The position numbers were made by a program, and so were the translations under genes. Under the pieces are notes generated by a model. The model did no database searches. It saw only the letters and a program-made list of their open reading frames with translations, and was not told the DNA's origin. From contig JBODTK010000011.1 of the NCBI GenBank assembly GCA_050613775.1, positions 806,001 through 870,000 on the forward strand: a stretch of 64,000 nt of DNA, in the 5' to 3' direction. The stretch comes from Neocallimastix sp. 'constans'. Lineage: Eukaryota. Below, piece by piece: positions 37,876 to 52,420 of the stretch. Every line of letters starts with the position of its first letter. Within the stretch, counting starts at the first letter, position 1.

Positions 37876-38764
37876 TATTATTATTCAATTATTTAATTAT
37901 TATATTTTACAGATTCTTTATTTTTTGAATTAATTTTTAAAAAATATTTAATGTTTCATCTTAGAGAAAAAAAAATGGTCAATATATAAAATTTAATTGG
38001 TCTAATTTATTATTTAAAATTTAATAAAACAAAAAAAAGTAAAACATAAAAATAAAAGAAAAAAAAGAAAAAGAAAAAAAAGTAAAAAAAGTAAAAAAAA
38101 GTATTTTAAAGAATTTTTTTTTTTTCGTTCTTTTTTATGAAAGACATTCTCATGATAAAATCATTTTAATTAGTTATTTCTTGTTTTACATTTTACAATT
38201 TTCTTTCAAAGGAAAAAATGCCTAATTTTATTATATCATTTTAAAGTTCTGTATTGATGATCGCTTTAAAGAGATAATTTTATTTTGAATTATGATTTTA
38301 AAATTATGAATAAATTATTTATAAAGGATTAATCTTTAATTAAAGAGATGCTATTAATAAAATTAAATAAAAAAAAAAAATACATAATTAATAAAATTAA
38401 ATAATAAAAAATATATATATATGTATATACATAAATAAGTAAATATATATATATTTATATTTCCTTTTTTTTATTTAATTTGTGTGATTTTTCTTTTATT
38501 CTATTTTAATTTATAACTTTTCTGTGCTATATTGTTAAAAATATAAAAACTTAAAATAAGGAAGTCAATGATTAAAAGATGACTCAACTTTGAATATTTA
38601 TTCCTTGTCTAAAAATAAAAAAAATATGTATATAAATATATATATATATATAAATATATATTACTGTATTACAAAAATAAAGTAAATACTTAAAATTAAA
38701 GATTTATATAGATATAGATTAAAAGTTTTTATAATTTTTTATCTTATATTATTTGGTTATTTAA

Positions 38765-38912
38765 TTTTTTTTTTTTTTTTTCTTAGACTGGGGATGATAT
38801 AGCCTTCAGTCTCTCTCCCTTAAACGTATCAGACTCTCAATGGATTCTTTGCTATACCGCTTTGGCGTCGACGTGGACCTAGAAAAAAAAGACATTCCCT
38901 ATACTTTGCTTT
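38765..38912 (-). mobile_element. Short 3'-end fragment of a LINE-like element followed by poly(A)
   Basis: Similar to 59540-59675 (TCTCTCCCTTAAA-CGTATCAGACTCTCA...GTCGACG...AAAGACATTCCCTATAC). An A-tract follows on the minus strand. Confidence 0.55.
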
Positions 38913-39235
38913 ATATTACTATTTATTTTTTATTTCAATAAATTCTTATTGCTTTAATGATATTTCAAAAAATTAAAAATTAATGTATACATAAATAAAT
39001 GAATAATACAATAATACAATAGAAATTGTACGTTTTTTTTTTTTATATTAAAAATTAAAAATTAAAAATTATTTATTATGATTTTCATTAATGGAAAACT
39101 AATTAAATAAATTATTAAATTATTATAATTAAAAAATTTAAAGTCATGGATGGACAAATTATTCTTTTTAACTTATTTTGTAATTTCAAATATTTTTAGA
39201 GAAATAATGATATTGTACTTGTGGATAATTAAATG

Positions 39236-39325
<90 letters not shown>

Positions 39326-40570
39326 TATTATATGAAAGTAATTATTAATTTTATTCTGATTTTATTTTTCTTGTAGACTGAGTCAAATCCCTAAATCAAA
39401 TTGTTCTAATATATATATATATATTTAATATCTTTAGTATAATCAGAATTCCGTATTTCTTCTTTAAGTTCAAAATATCTTTAGAATTTAGAAATAATAT
39501 TTTTTAAAAATATAAATTTTTAATTTTGTCATAAAGTAAATGTATTTCATGCCGATTTGATAATTTTTTTTTTTTTTGAGATAAGCATGAATAATTGAGA
39601 GCTGAATCTTGTAGATTTTTAGAAAGATTTTTGTTTGAATTCCACTTTCATCATATTTTACTAGTCTTATCAAGAAATTTTATTTACCATTGATAATATT
39701 TAAGACAATATCAATATAGAGTTTAAATTTATTAATATTATTATTTTTAATGAGAAAAAAAAAATAGGTTTATATTTTGTCTTTCCTATTTGATTTAACA
39801 AGACTATTTCATTTTCTTATCAGAGGAAAGTGAAACGAAACCATTGTGAAATGTTTTCTTTACAAAAAATAAAAAATAAATATAAACTAAAGTTAAAAAT
39901 TCATAAAAAAGAAAAAAAAAATTATTTTGGATTATGAATTTAATTTATTGGAATCAGGTTTTCTTTTACAGATAGTAAATAACCAACGTCAGACGGGAGT
40001 CGATCACTTTAAAGCCAAGAACAATTAAACAGATTTGAATACAGAATAAAAAAAAAAAAAAATTAAAATGATATTTTAATGATACTTTTTTTTTTTTTTT
40101 TTATAATATAATTTTTATGATTTGATTTGACATTTATATTTTTAATGTCTTTTTTTCTTTTTTTTTTTTTCAATCTTTTTTTTTTTTTTTAAATATAAAT
40201 CTATATCAATTCATTTTCTAAGAATAATAATCTATTTCTATATAGATACTATATACAATGATATTAAAATTTTTAATTTATTTTACTAAAATATTTTAAT
40301 ATCTCATTTACATTAATAATTTTTTTTTTTTTTTTTTTTTACAAAAAAATTCTTATCCCTTGCATCAATTGGTATTTCAACTAAGACGTAAAAAAAAAAA
40401 AAAAAAAAAGGGAAAACTTTTTTTTGTGTTGAGCATTATGGAAAAAAAAAAATGGATATGGAGAAATACAATTAGATTAGGTAGTATTAGGAGCATTAGG
40501 TTCATAAATTGATATTTGTAACACATACTAAAATTAGTTGAACTGAGACTTTCTGAGTTTGTATTATTGG

Positions 40571-40672
40571 ATGTGTTATTAGATATTAAATTTTTTTTTC
40601 TTAAATGTTGAAAAGAAACCTTTTGATTCCATTTGGAACATCCAACAATATGAAATTTTAACTCCTGGTATT

Positions 40673-40722
<50 letters not shown>

Positions 40723-41144
40723 ACTTTTTCAAATTTTTCTTAATAGAAATTTGGAGTGTATATACTTTTATCCTGAAGTAACTATCATTGAATTTAGTAA
40801 TTCTTTTTTCACTGATAAAATATTATCCTTAAATTTTTTTTTTTTTTTTTGAATCTAGAATGAATATATTCCTTCATTTTAGCATTAGTCCATGAGTGTA
40901 TTATACCACGGATAAAAAAATCAATGTGTTATTAGATATTAAATTTTTTTTCTTAAATGTTGAAAAGAAACCTTTTGATTCCATTTGGAACATCCAACAA
41001 TATGAAATTTTAACTCCTGGTATTTTTTTTTCAAATACTTTTTCAAATTTTTCTTAATAGAAATTTGGAGTGTATATACTTTTATCCTGAAGTAATTATC
41101 ATTGAATTTAGTAATTCTTTTTTCACTGATAAAATATTATCCTT

Positions 41145-41170
<26 letters not shown>
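40571..41170. repeat. Near-tandem ~230-280-bp duplication of a degenerate GC-richer segment
   Basis: 40571-~40850 and 40924-~41165 are nearly identical apart from poly-T lengths. Confidence 0.85.
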
Positions 41171-41181
<11 letters not shown>

Positions 41182-41259
41182 TTTATTTTTTTATCTTTTT
41201 TTTTTTATTATTTCTTTTTATTACATATATTTTATTAACTATTTAATTAATAAAGATGA

Positions 41260-42481
41260 AACAATTATTGCTGCCGTTAAAAAAAAAATAAGAAAAAAAT
41301 GCTTATCATAATAATAATAATTATTCTTATTCTTGTTTTATATTATACTTCTCTCTTTGTTTCAAATAAGATCAGATACTCTAAAGCTCAAAAAAAGATA
41401 TTAATAGAGGACTTTATTGGAGTTATGGATTTAAATCTCATAATTCTTTTGTTAGTCTCCTATGATATAACTCGTGAATTGAGAATTCCTTTCCTCTTTC
41501 AGCTATCAGTGCTATATCTCAATTATGCTGCTTTAAAAAATAGAAAAAAAAAAAACTTATTATGTATTATTTTAATCATCTCATTAATAATATTCTTACT
41601 ATGTCTCATTACTCATGGACTAAAGAATCAAGGACTTTGGATAAGAAAATTAAATGGTAAAAAAATCAAGTGAAATAAAAAAAAAAAAAAAAAAAAAGTT
41701 GTATTGGGAAAGAGGTGTCTTCAAACCCTCAAAAGCCCCCAAAAAAAAACAATTATTTATAAGGAGAATGATTTTTGAATTTATTTTAGAAATCAAAGAC
41801 TTAATATTTCAATATCCTAAGTATCAATTAGGATTTTTTTTTTTTTTTTTTTTTTTTGGATTTCTCGAATTAGGTGTGGCTTTAAATTTGGCAATAGTAT
41901 TTCCATTAAAAGAAAAATAGTCTCAGAAGATTACCTTAAATGTTGCCCATGTTGTAGTGTTAATGTACCTAGCTTTTCTCACTGGATCTTTACCTATAAA
42001 GAATTAGAAAATTACAGAAATAAAACTTTACCTTTCCTGGATGATCTCTTTTTTGAAGTATGCTATGATAATTGATCAAAAATCCTTGGATGTTTCTTTA
42101 GATTCAGAAAAGGGAATTATGATAATAATATTTATTGTTTTATATTGAGTGCTTTTTTTGGCGGGGCGTTCAATATATGAAAAAATTAAAGTTAATGATG
42201 TGGAACAAAAGACAATTAGTTGACAAGATTTTTTAAACAAAGTTCAACTTCGTCGGACTGTTCCGTATTTTGTGGGGGATTTTGAAATTTCTAACAAACG
42301 TAATACCATTAATTTGTTGCAATGGCATTCCGTTGAATCTACCGTTGCTAAGAGTGTTGACGTCGAAATGATAAGACACGGATTTTCACCTCCCTGTGAA
42401 AGATCTGATTCAGATTCGATTGATAACACTAATACTGAAATTATTACTCGGAATAATGGACGTGGTGTTTATCATCGATGA
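41260..42481 (+). mobile_element. Degenerate 3' part of a non-LTR retrotransposon (LINE) ORF2, post-RT region with a CCHC-type finger
   Basis: Across frameshifts it reads INRGLYWSYGFKSHNSFVSL...SHYSWTKESRTLDKK...GFFWISRIRCG...CPCCSVNVPSFSHWIF...ELENYR...FLAGRS...KSVDVEMIRHG. The CxxC..H pattern resembles LINE C-termini. Confidence 0.65.
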
Positions 42482-42659
42482 ATGGGAAAAGTTAGAAACT
42501 ATTGCTTCTAACGCACTTTTATAATTATATAATTTATAATATTTTATTTCATGTATTTTATTTCTCGTATTTTATTTCATGTATTTTCATTTAAATAATG
42601 TAATTTTATTATTATTGTATATTAAATAAAAATATTCTCTAAAGTCTTAAAAAAATAAT

Positions 42660-42687
42660 AATAATAATAATGATATATTTCAATTTT

Positions 42688-42720
<33 letters not shown>

Positions 42721-42960
42721 TTTTTTCTTTTTAAATATATTTATGTTAACGCATTTTCTATGATGATAATACTATCTAGATACTATAATTTTTTAATTAT
42801 TAATTAATCAATTTCTTTATATAGTTTTTATGTATTTATTCTTTTTTTATATTACTATATTATTTAGATATTTTTTTTTTTTTACATTTTGATTATTTTT
42901 ATTTTTAATTTATTAAAAAGATTTATTTTTCTTTTTTTATTTTTTCTTTCTATTTTTTTT
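42660..42960. repeat. Dispersed ~300-bp repeat, copy 1
   Basis: Aligns by eye with 45365-45660 (TTTTAAATATATTTATG...TAGATAC...TTATTAAAAAGAT). A partial third copy lies near 40190-40260. Confidence 0.7.
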
Positions 42961-43789
42961 CCCTAAATGATATGGACGGTTGATGGAAAAGAAAATATAT
43001 CAGCTGTACTAATTACAGTTTTTTTCGTAATTCCAATGATAACTGATGATTATCCTTTCTAAAATAGCTTCTAGTATGAAGAGAGAAAATTGGAATACTG
43101 GAAGACTGTGGAAAGTGAACCTGAGGTTTTATATTATTTTAAATTGGATATGTAGTAACATTGAAGTTATATAATTAATAATATCAATGTAGTTTCTACA
43201 TATTATCATTGTAATAAATTAATTGTATTTTTTTTTTTTTTTTTTTTTTTTACCTTTAGCATTATTTTGTATATATATTTTTCTATAGTATTAATTTAAA
43301 CTCTCATGTAGTTATTGTAAAATGAAAATGTAGGAGATTGATTCAAAACAGAGTTTATGTTTAAGACATTATTTAATGGATGTGAATTTTTTTTTTATAG
43401 TCTTTCACTACTAACATTTTATTTACATCTACATTTTAGATTATATAGGATTATTTTCCTGAAAAATTATTACACATACCGTAATTTTATTAATCAATTA
43501 GAAAATTAAAACTCAAAGATAAAAAAAAAAAAAAAAAAATAAGTGAGAGATATTATTCATTATAACAAAATATATAATTGTTCTATTTTACTTAATAATT
43601 ATCAACTACCGAAAAAAAGGAAAAAAAAAAAAATTTATATTTTTTTATATTTTTAATTTTTTCTATTTTTATATTTTTATATAAAAATAATGGTATAATG
43701 TATTCTGGTTTCATTTTAAATTAATATCAGTAGGACTTCACAAGGGCATTATTATACTATAGTATAATGATTATTTTTGACTTCACAAT

Positions 43790-44160
43790 GTTAAACATAA
43801 TTTTTAAGATACGAAATTTTAACCTTCATTGGTTGCGCTAGTCCTGCTGGCCTGTCTTAACTGTTTCTTCAGCATTGACGCTCTTGGTAGTAGTAATAGG
43901 ATTCGATTTGAACCTATTAAACAAAGACCATTGCTGGCCAATAGCAAATAGGGTATAATCGATTGAAGAAGAGCCGCAGTAACCACCAAGAATGGAGAGT
44001 ATCAGAATAAGCTCTTAATTTCATCTGGCACTTAAAATAGATCCTTCCATTCTCTTGTACTGTTATTAATACTTCTTCCCTCAAAAAGGAAAATAAACAC
44101 TTTTTCACACACACTAGAATCAATATACACATTATTTTCAATACTATTACTAATATTATT
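43790..44160 (-). mobile_element. Degenerate LINE 3'-end fragment
   Basis: Reads VFIFLFEGRSINN...TTKSVNAEETVKTG, matching the FLAGRS...KSVDVEMIRHG tail of 41260-42481. A related short copy is at 44590-44690. Confidence 0.5.
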
Positions 44161-44544
44161 AATAATACTATTAACTAATATTATTATAACTAATATTATT
44201 ATAACTATTATTACTATTACTATTACTATTATTACTGTTACTATTATCATTATTACTATTAACGTTATCAATTGTTAGGTTGCCACAGTTAAAAGCGTTA
44301 TATAAAAATAAAATTTTTATCATTGACTTTACTACGAATATGATTGAAAAATATATTTGTCCATTTAGAACATAATAATATTTAAAATAGTAACGTGAAA
44401 TAAATAAATAAAAAAAAAAAAAAGTGATATTCAAAAAATAAAGTGTATAAATCAATTCAGAAAAAAAAAAAAAAAGGTTCATATCCAACCAACCTCAACC
44501 TCCATATTACCTATTCTGGATTAGGATTTGAATTGATATTCTTG

Positions 44545-44576
<32 letters not shown>

Positions 44577-45364
44577 AAAAATTATGATCTTCTCCTTCAG
44601 GGAATGCATTCATTGGCCCCTGCTGCTAGCTTGTCTTATTGAATTTTCCGGTGTTGACGCTCCTAAAAATGCCTGAAAAGAAAAGAAAACTTTATAGGAT
44701 TCTGGAGAAGTACCTCAGAGAGAAGAGAGAAGAAAAAAAAAAAAAAGTCATACTTGGAAAAAGGAAAAAAAAAAAAAAAAAAAAAGTCTCCATCTAGCAA
44801 TAATTAGGCATGTCAGAGAGAGGTCAATGCTAAGCTCTCAAGAAAGGCCAATCAGTAGGGAACATTATTGGTCTAGGCGAAAAAGCATATGGTGTGGTGA
44901 CAACCTTATCTCGATATTCCCACTACCCAGAGAGGACGGGTGGCTGAAATTAACAGCAGTACCCATCGGAAATAAATAAATAAATAAATAAATAAAATAT
45001 ATATATATATATATATTAATGCCATTTTTATATATAGTATAATTTTTTTTTTTTTTTATATATCTTTACATGAAATTTTAGGAAAAATATCTATATATCT
45101 TTATATAATATTTTTTTTAATTATATATATTCAAACCCAAAATACAAGTAATAAAAATATAATAAAATAGAAATATAAATACACTATATATATTACTGGA
45201 GCAATTTAATATATATATATATTTAAATAAAAAAAAAAAAAAAAGGTAGTTATATTTCCTTTTAATATATATTTTCTTTTTTATTTATTTCTTTTTTATT
45301 TTTTAATATGATCTTTTTAATATCCTTTTTCTTTAAAAAAACAATATATTATCGTTTTTTATTT

Positions 45365-45652
45365 TAATAATAATATAAATTTCAATTTTTTTTTTTTGTT
45401 TTTTTTTTTTTTTGTTTTCCTTTTTAAATATATTTATGTCAATTCATTTCTATGATTAATACTATATGATTAATACTATATAGATACAATAATTTTTAAC
45501 TATTAATTAACCAATTTTCTTTATATAGTTTTATGTTTCTATGTTTTTTTTATATATTACTATATTATTATATTTAAATATTTCTTTTTCATTTAAATTA
45601 TTTTTACTTTTAATTTATTAAAAAGATATATATATTGTTCATATTTTTTCTT

Positions 45653-45660
<8 letters not shown>
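45365..45660. repeat. Dispersed ~300-bp repeat, copy 2
   Basis: Diverged direct repeat of 42660-42960. Confidence 0.7.
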
Positions 45661-45686
<26 letters not shown>

Positions 45687-45760
45687 TAATTTAAAAAAAA
45701 AAAATAAGATCATTATAAAAAAAAAAATTTTCTATATTATTTTTTTTATAATGATTATAT

Positions 45761-46444
45761 CTAATAGTTAGATGTTTGTCTATCATAGTTTGCACCCATA
45801 GCCTTTGTTACAGCTAACATAACAGTACTTTCTTCTAAATCTTCTGGAATGGTAGCATTAATTTCAACGGCAAATGATTTGAAAATAGTTTTAACATCAG
45901 CAATATGAATAGATAATTTTGCCTTTCTCATAACCTTAACCTTTGAACCACACCAAGTAACAAAGACAAATTTGGTTCTTTGAGATAATGGATCATTAGA
46001 GGCATTGACTCTGATGAAACCAAAGGCCGCTTGGTCTTGCTTACAATTGCTTTTAAATTCCTTAATACCACCTTCTCCGCTAGCAGAAACCTTTAATTGA
46101 TCAGTCTTTTATTTTTTTTATTATTTTTTTTTTTTTTAATAAAAAATATATTATAATAAAATTTTTCATAATATTTCATAATATATGAATTAATAAATAA
46201 ATTAAAAGGAAAAAATATATATATATGATATAATTATTTATAATAATTTTTATAAATTCTTTATATATTCTATAGAAATATATATTTTATAAAAAATAAA
46301 AAAAATTTTTTTTTTTTATAAAAGAATATAAATTCTTTTATTTATTTCTTAAAAAATTTATATACCTTATCATCAATATATTCTAATAAAACCCAATTCA
46401 TTGGGTCCTTGTCATCACGAATCTTGTCATAGGATTCTTGAATC

Positions 46445-46481
<37 letters not shown>

Positions 46482-46877
46482 TATTTTTTTATATATTTTG
46501 TTATTTATTTATAAAATCCAATATATTGATATTGAAAATTATAAAATGTAATATAAATAAAAAAAAAAAATAATAAAAGATAAAAATAAGAGAGAAAAAT
46601 TAATCAATAGTTTTATACTTTTTTTTCTAATATTGAATATATTATTTTTATTTTTCCTTTTTATATTGTAATAATATTTTTATAATCTTTTATTATATAA
46701 TATATATATTTTTTTCTCTTTCTTTATTGTTTTTATATTTAATAATTTTTTTTTTATATTTTATTCTTCTGTTAATTTTATATTTATATCAATCGATTTA
46801 TTATTTTTAATATTATAAATTAAATCAATAGTATATCATATATATATTACTTGTGGATCAGAAACAAGCTTACTCAT
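45761..46877 (-). CDS. Coactosin-like ADF-H actin-binding protein (149 aa, 3 exons)
   Basis: Exons 46877-46851, 46443-46366 and 46105-45761, all GT-AG. Joined: MSKLVSDPQ|IQESYDKIRDDKDPMNWVLLEYIDDK|TDQLKVSASGEGG...RTKFVFVTWCGSKVKVMRKAKLSIH...KAMGANYD. Confidence 0.93.
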
Positions 46878-47418
46878 TTTTTATCTATTATATGTATTAT
46901 TTGATTAAGAAAATAAATAAATTATTATTTTTTTTTTTTTTTAATTTATTCTGTTTTTATAGATAATAAAAAATTATTATTTCTAAAATGAAAAAAAAAA
47001 AAAAGATAAACAATAAAAAGAATTTTTTTTTTTTTTTAATAAATTTTTATATATATATGATAATAATATTAATAGTAATAATGTTAAAAATACAAAAAGT
47101 TTATAAAAATTAATTTTAAAATTTATATATAAACTTTAACTGTTAATTATTTTTGAAAAAAAAAAAAATTTTTTTTATTTTTAATTTTTAAAATATCTTA
47201 CATATATAAACTTCATATTTTTTATTTTTATAAATTTTATTTTTATTTATTATTATTATTAGTATCATTATTATTATAATTAGTATTTTTTTTTATTATT
47301 ATTTCAGTTTATTTTTATTTTTTTTTTTTTTAAAAATAAAAAATAGATTAAACATAAACGTACAATTTTTATTGAAAAGGAATATATGAATTTAGTTATG
47401 AAACTTTAACTATTATCA

Positions 47419-47460
<42 letters not shown>

Positions 47461-48717
47461 TTAATAATTATAAAATATTATAAAATATTGATAATATTTA
47501 AAGTTTCATAATTTAAATATATATATAGAATATATTTATAAAAATATACGAATTATTTCATAATTAAAAAAAAAATAAAAAAAAAAAAATGTAGGTTATC
47601 AAATGCTTAAATTATTATATATTACTAATCATTGAATATATATAATATATATTAATTATTATATTATAACTAATTAATTATTATTTATGATATATATATA
47701 TATATATATTTCTCATTAAGAATTTATATAAATATTACTGATTTGATATTATTTCATTGAAAGATTAAATAATAAATATATAATAAAATATATAATTTAA
47801 AAATTAAAAGAACATAAAAAAAAAGATAAAAAATAAAAATAAAAATTTAAATAAAAACAATTAAAATATGTATATAATATATATATTTTTAAATATTTAT
47901 AAATAAATAATAATAAATAGAGATAAATTTATTATAGTTTTTTTTAAAAAAAAAAAAAAAATTAAAAATAAAAAGAATTTTAAGCTTAAATTTTGTTAAA
48001 CATTATTAAGATATAAATATAAAATTTTCAAATTTTTTTTTTTTTTTTTTTTTTTATTTCTATTTGTAATTTTCGAGAATTTTATAAGATATTATTTTTC
48101 GAAATTTTCTATGAATTATAATGTATATGTATACAACACTTTTTTTAAAATATATATATATATAAGATACAATTTTTTTTTAATTTTTTTTTTATATAAA
48201 AATAAAATAATATTTAAAAATATATATATTCAATAAATGGATTATAAATATATATATATATATAAATATAATTTTAAAATAGTAATAATAAAAATATACA
48301 ATAATAAAAATATATAAATTAAAATAGTAATAATAAAAATATATAAATAAAAAAATATTTTTTTTTTTTTTTTTTTTTTACATATTTTTATAGTTTTATT
48401 AAATTATCAATCATATTAATGGGTAACAAATATTTTGATATTAATAATTAATAATAGTTAAATTTAATCATACATTAAATAATTAAACATATTATACATT
48501 ATACATATTATAGTATTAATTTTTATTAATATACTAAAAAAAATCATGATATAAATATATATAGATAAAAAAAAATAGTTCAAAGTTTTTATTATCAACA
48601 AGAAATGGTATATATATATATATAAACGTAATATAGGTGTGGAATTCTATATATTTATTAATAAATTGCTGATAATTAGTAATTCCGGGTAATGGTTTAA
48701 GAAATTTAAAAGTGTGG

Positions 48718-48756
<39 letters not shown>

Positions 48757-51034
48757 GATTTAAAAAATTATCTAATTTTAAAGTGTATAACTACTTCATC
48801 ACTACATTAAAAATTGGTAATATAGGAACAATGGTATCAATATTACCCATTTTTTATTGCCATTACTACATGATTGCATGTTTCTTTAACTAATTTTTAT
48901 AACTATTTTTAAATGATAAAATATAATACTTTCTAACTAAATAATATTTTTTTTTATTTTATTATTATCATTATTATTTTATTTATTATTATTTTTTTAA
49001 TGTAACGTATAATATAATTAATTATTTCTTAAAATACATTAATAAATTTATAATTATGTATTTAAATTAAAAAAAAAAAAAAAAAAAAACTTAATTTTTA
49101 TAATTGATTTATTATAATTATTTACTAAAAAAATTTATTATCTTTAATGCTTTCTTTTTTAAGTGATTATAGTATGATTAATTATGTTTAAAATATATAA
49201 ATAGATTTATAACTTTAAGTGGTTGTAATACGATTAAATTATTGTTAAAAAATGTATAAATATATTAATAATTAAATATTTAAAAAAATTTTCATAATTA
49301 TCTTTACACACATATTAAAATATATATATATATATTTTTTTTTAAAATAATAAAATAGCATTAATAGTTAGAAAGTTTATTTAAATAATTTTTAATATTA
49401 TTTTAACTATTAATAATAAACTTTTTGTTATAAATGACAAAAAAAAAAAAAATTTAAATAATAATAAAAATAAAAAATAAAGCATCTTTCAAAAAAAATT
49501 TTTTTTTTTTTAAATTAAAAATTAATACTATTTGAAATATCAATATTGAAAATTAGCTAATTAATAAGATATGAAAATAATATTAGAAAAAAAAATAAAT
49601 TGAATAATATAATTATTTTTCTCTATATATATAGAAAAATATATCTTTAAATAAAAATTTTATATTTAATAATAATAATTATCATAGATATTTACAATAT
49701 GAACAATATAAATTGAATCTTCGAAGTATAATTTTTACCCGAAAAAAATTTTTTTAGTAAAATATTAAAATACATTTTTTAATTATAATATACAAATAAT
49801 TTTTGATAAATAATGTAAATAAAAATTAATTCAAATATTTGTCAGTACTTCATACCCATTAAAAATATTTTATTCATTAATCTATAGATATAATTATATA
49901 TTAGTATAGTAAATAGTAATAATTTTTTTTTTTTTTTAAAAAAAAATAAAATTTATTAAGAAAAATTGTTAATGTTTTATAAAATAATAACCAGAAAAAA
50001 GAAATTTAATTGGACAATTAGTATAATCTTGTCCATAGGTTAAAAAGGGTTGCTTATTAAAAGATTGAAATTATATATTTTATTTTATATTTATATAAAT
50101 TTACTATAATATTTTCTATTATATATATTTATATATTTATAATTTTAACCTTTATTATACTTAATGTATTATTATTATTATTATTATTAATGTATTTATC
50201 ATTAATTTTAACATAAAAAAAAAAAAAAAAAAAAAATAAATAAATAAATATTAAATATATACAATTAAATATAAAATATTTATTAATTAAAATTAAGATT
50301 TATAAATAATTTATGAAAATATATTAGAAACAAATAAACAAAAATAAAAAAGATAAATTTGTGATAATTTTTTTATTGAAAAAAATATTAAAAGATATTA
50401 AATGAAAAATTTATATTCTTTAATATATTTAAAAAAATAAAATAAAATAAAACCTTTTTTTGTAAATCGATAATATTTATTATTATTATTATTATTATCA
50501 TTTTTTTTATTATTATTAATGTTTTATATATATATATATATATATATTATTAATTAATTAAAAACTTAATTACTTATTGACTAAGATTAATTATCTTTTA
50601 AATCTATTAACTACGTAATATTATATATCTGTTATTTAACTTTAATGATTATTATTTATAAAAATTAGAAATTAATGTATTTATTTTATAAAAAATTAGA
50701 AATCTATTGAAAAAAAAAAAAAGAAAGTATTAATTATAATGTACATAGTAATATATTATAGTATTCAAATTACATCAAGATAGATATAACATTAAAAGAT
50801 AGAGTAGAAAATTAATATGAAACTGTATTATACTGTTTGTAAATAATAATTATTGTTCGTATGGTTCTACGTAAGTTGTTTACAACAAAATTTATGAAAT
50901 CTATTTACGTTTCTTATAAATATTATTTTATTTAGATATTAATATACTTTTTTAAAAAAAAAAAAAAAAAAATTTTTTTTTTTTTTTAATAGATAACATA
51001 TATTAATTAATATGATTGTGCAAACTTTTTGTTT

Positions 51035-51451
51035 TTACATTATATAACCTGTTTGTACAGAAATATTAGTTGGTACTGATGAGTATACTATTGGTTGTTG
51101 ATATGGAGGATTTATTAGATAATATACAGAATTACTATTCGTAGTGACTGGAATGGTTTGGAAGACCGTATTTTCATTGGAAACATAATTATTATTTGCT
51201 GGTATTTGATTTATGTAATAATAATGTCCATTTGTAGCGGCGGTACTTATAACAGGTAAGGTATTATAAGAAATTTGGGAATTACTATTATTATTTGTTT
51301 CACTTAAAGCTGGAGAAGAAAAATATGCCATTTGAGAAGTATTATTACCACTATTATTATTGTTGTTATTATTACTACTGGTTTTATAGATAATTGGAGA
51401 ATAAGTATATATTGGTTGTGAATTATGAATAGTTGTATTTATTTTAATAAA

Positions 51452-51511
<60 letters not shown>

Positions 51512-52386
51512 TTGATTAATATTATTTTTAATATCATTATTATTGATGAATAATGATGGATAGTATGGTTTTTGCGCGTTGTTTATATCATTTTCGGTAT
51601 AAATTTCACTTATTGGTGGAGAAGGAATGAATGAAGTTTTCGAATCACAGTTATTTTCAACTATATTTATTCTGTTATTTGGGGTACTATGAACATCATT
51701 ATTGATGGTCTGTACCTGTTGGGTTTCGATAATTAATGGATTTTCAATAGTAGTATCTTTTTTAATATAAGGAGTGAAGAATAAATTTTGAGGGTCATTA
51801 ATAGGATTATTGACTTGAATGAATGTTTGAGAGTTTCTATGGATATTGTCTTCGTTAATATTCTCTTTAGTATTATTGAAAAGTTCAATTTTAAGTTTAC
51901 CATTATTTTCTGAAATAATATTCATATTACTACTTATTTTTGTTTCACTGTTGATACTCTTATCCATAAAATTAATTTTTGATTCCACTTTTGGAACAGT
52001 GTTTTTTCTGGTATGAACCTCTGAATTATCTTTTTTAATTATTCTTTTCTTTATACAGTTATCCAAAGGTTTTTCAATTTTGGCCTTGTTGGTCATATTA
52101 TTATTATGACAAATATGACTATATTTCTCGTCATTACAAAGTTCATTCCATACTTCTGTAACAAAAGGACAATTGATTTCACTTAATCTATTTTCTACTT
52201 TATGAAGTACTGTCTTCCATAAAAGCCTTATTTGTTCTGGAGTTTTTGTTAAATCATATAAGGATTTACATAAACGTTCATAATCTTTATAATTATTATT
52301 TTTTAAAAAAAAAAAAAAAATAAAATAAAATAATAATTTTTAATATTATTATATGAATTTTTATTAACAAAAAAAATTTTTCTTTT

Positions 52387-52420
<34 letters not shown>

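Noticed and set aside
38790..38900. Hammerhead ribozyme in the repeated CTGATAC-containing segment
   Set aside because: The core CUGAUGA...GAAA and the required stems are absent; it is better explained as a LINE 3' end.
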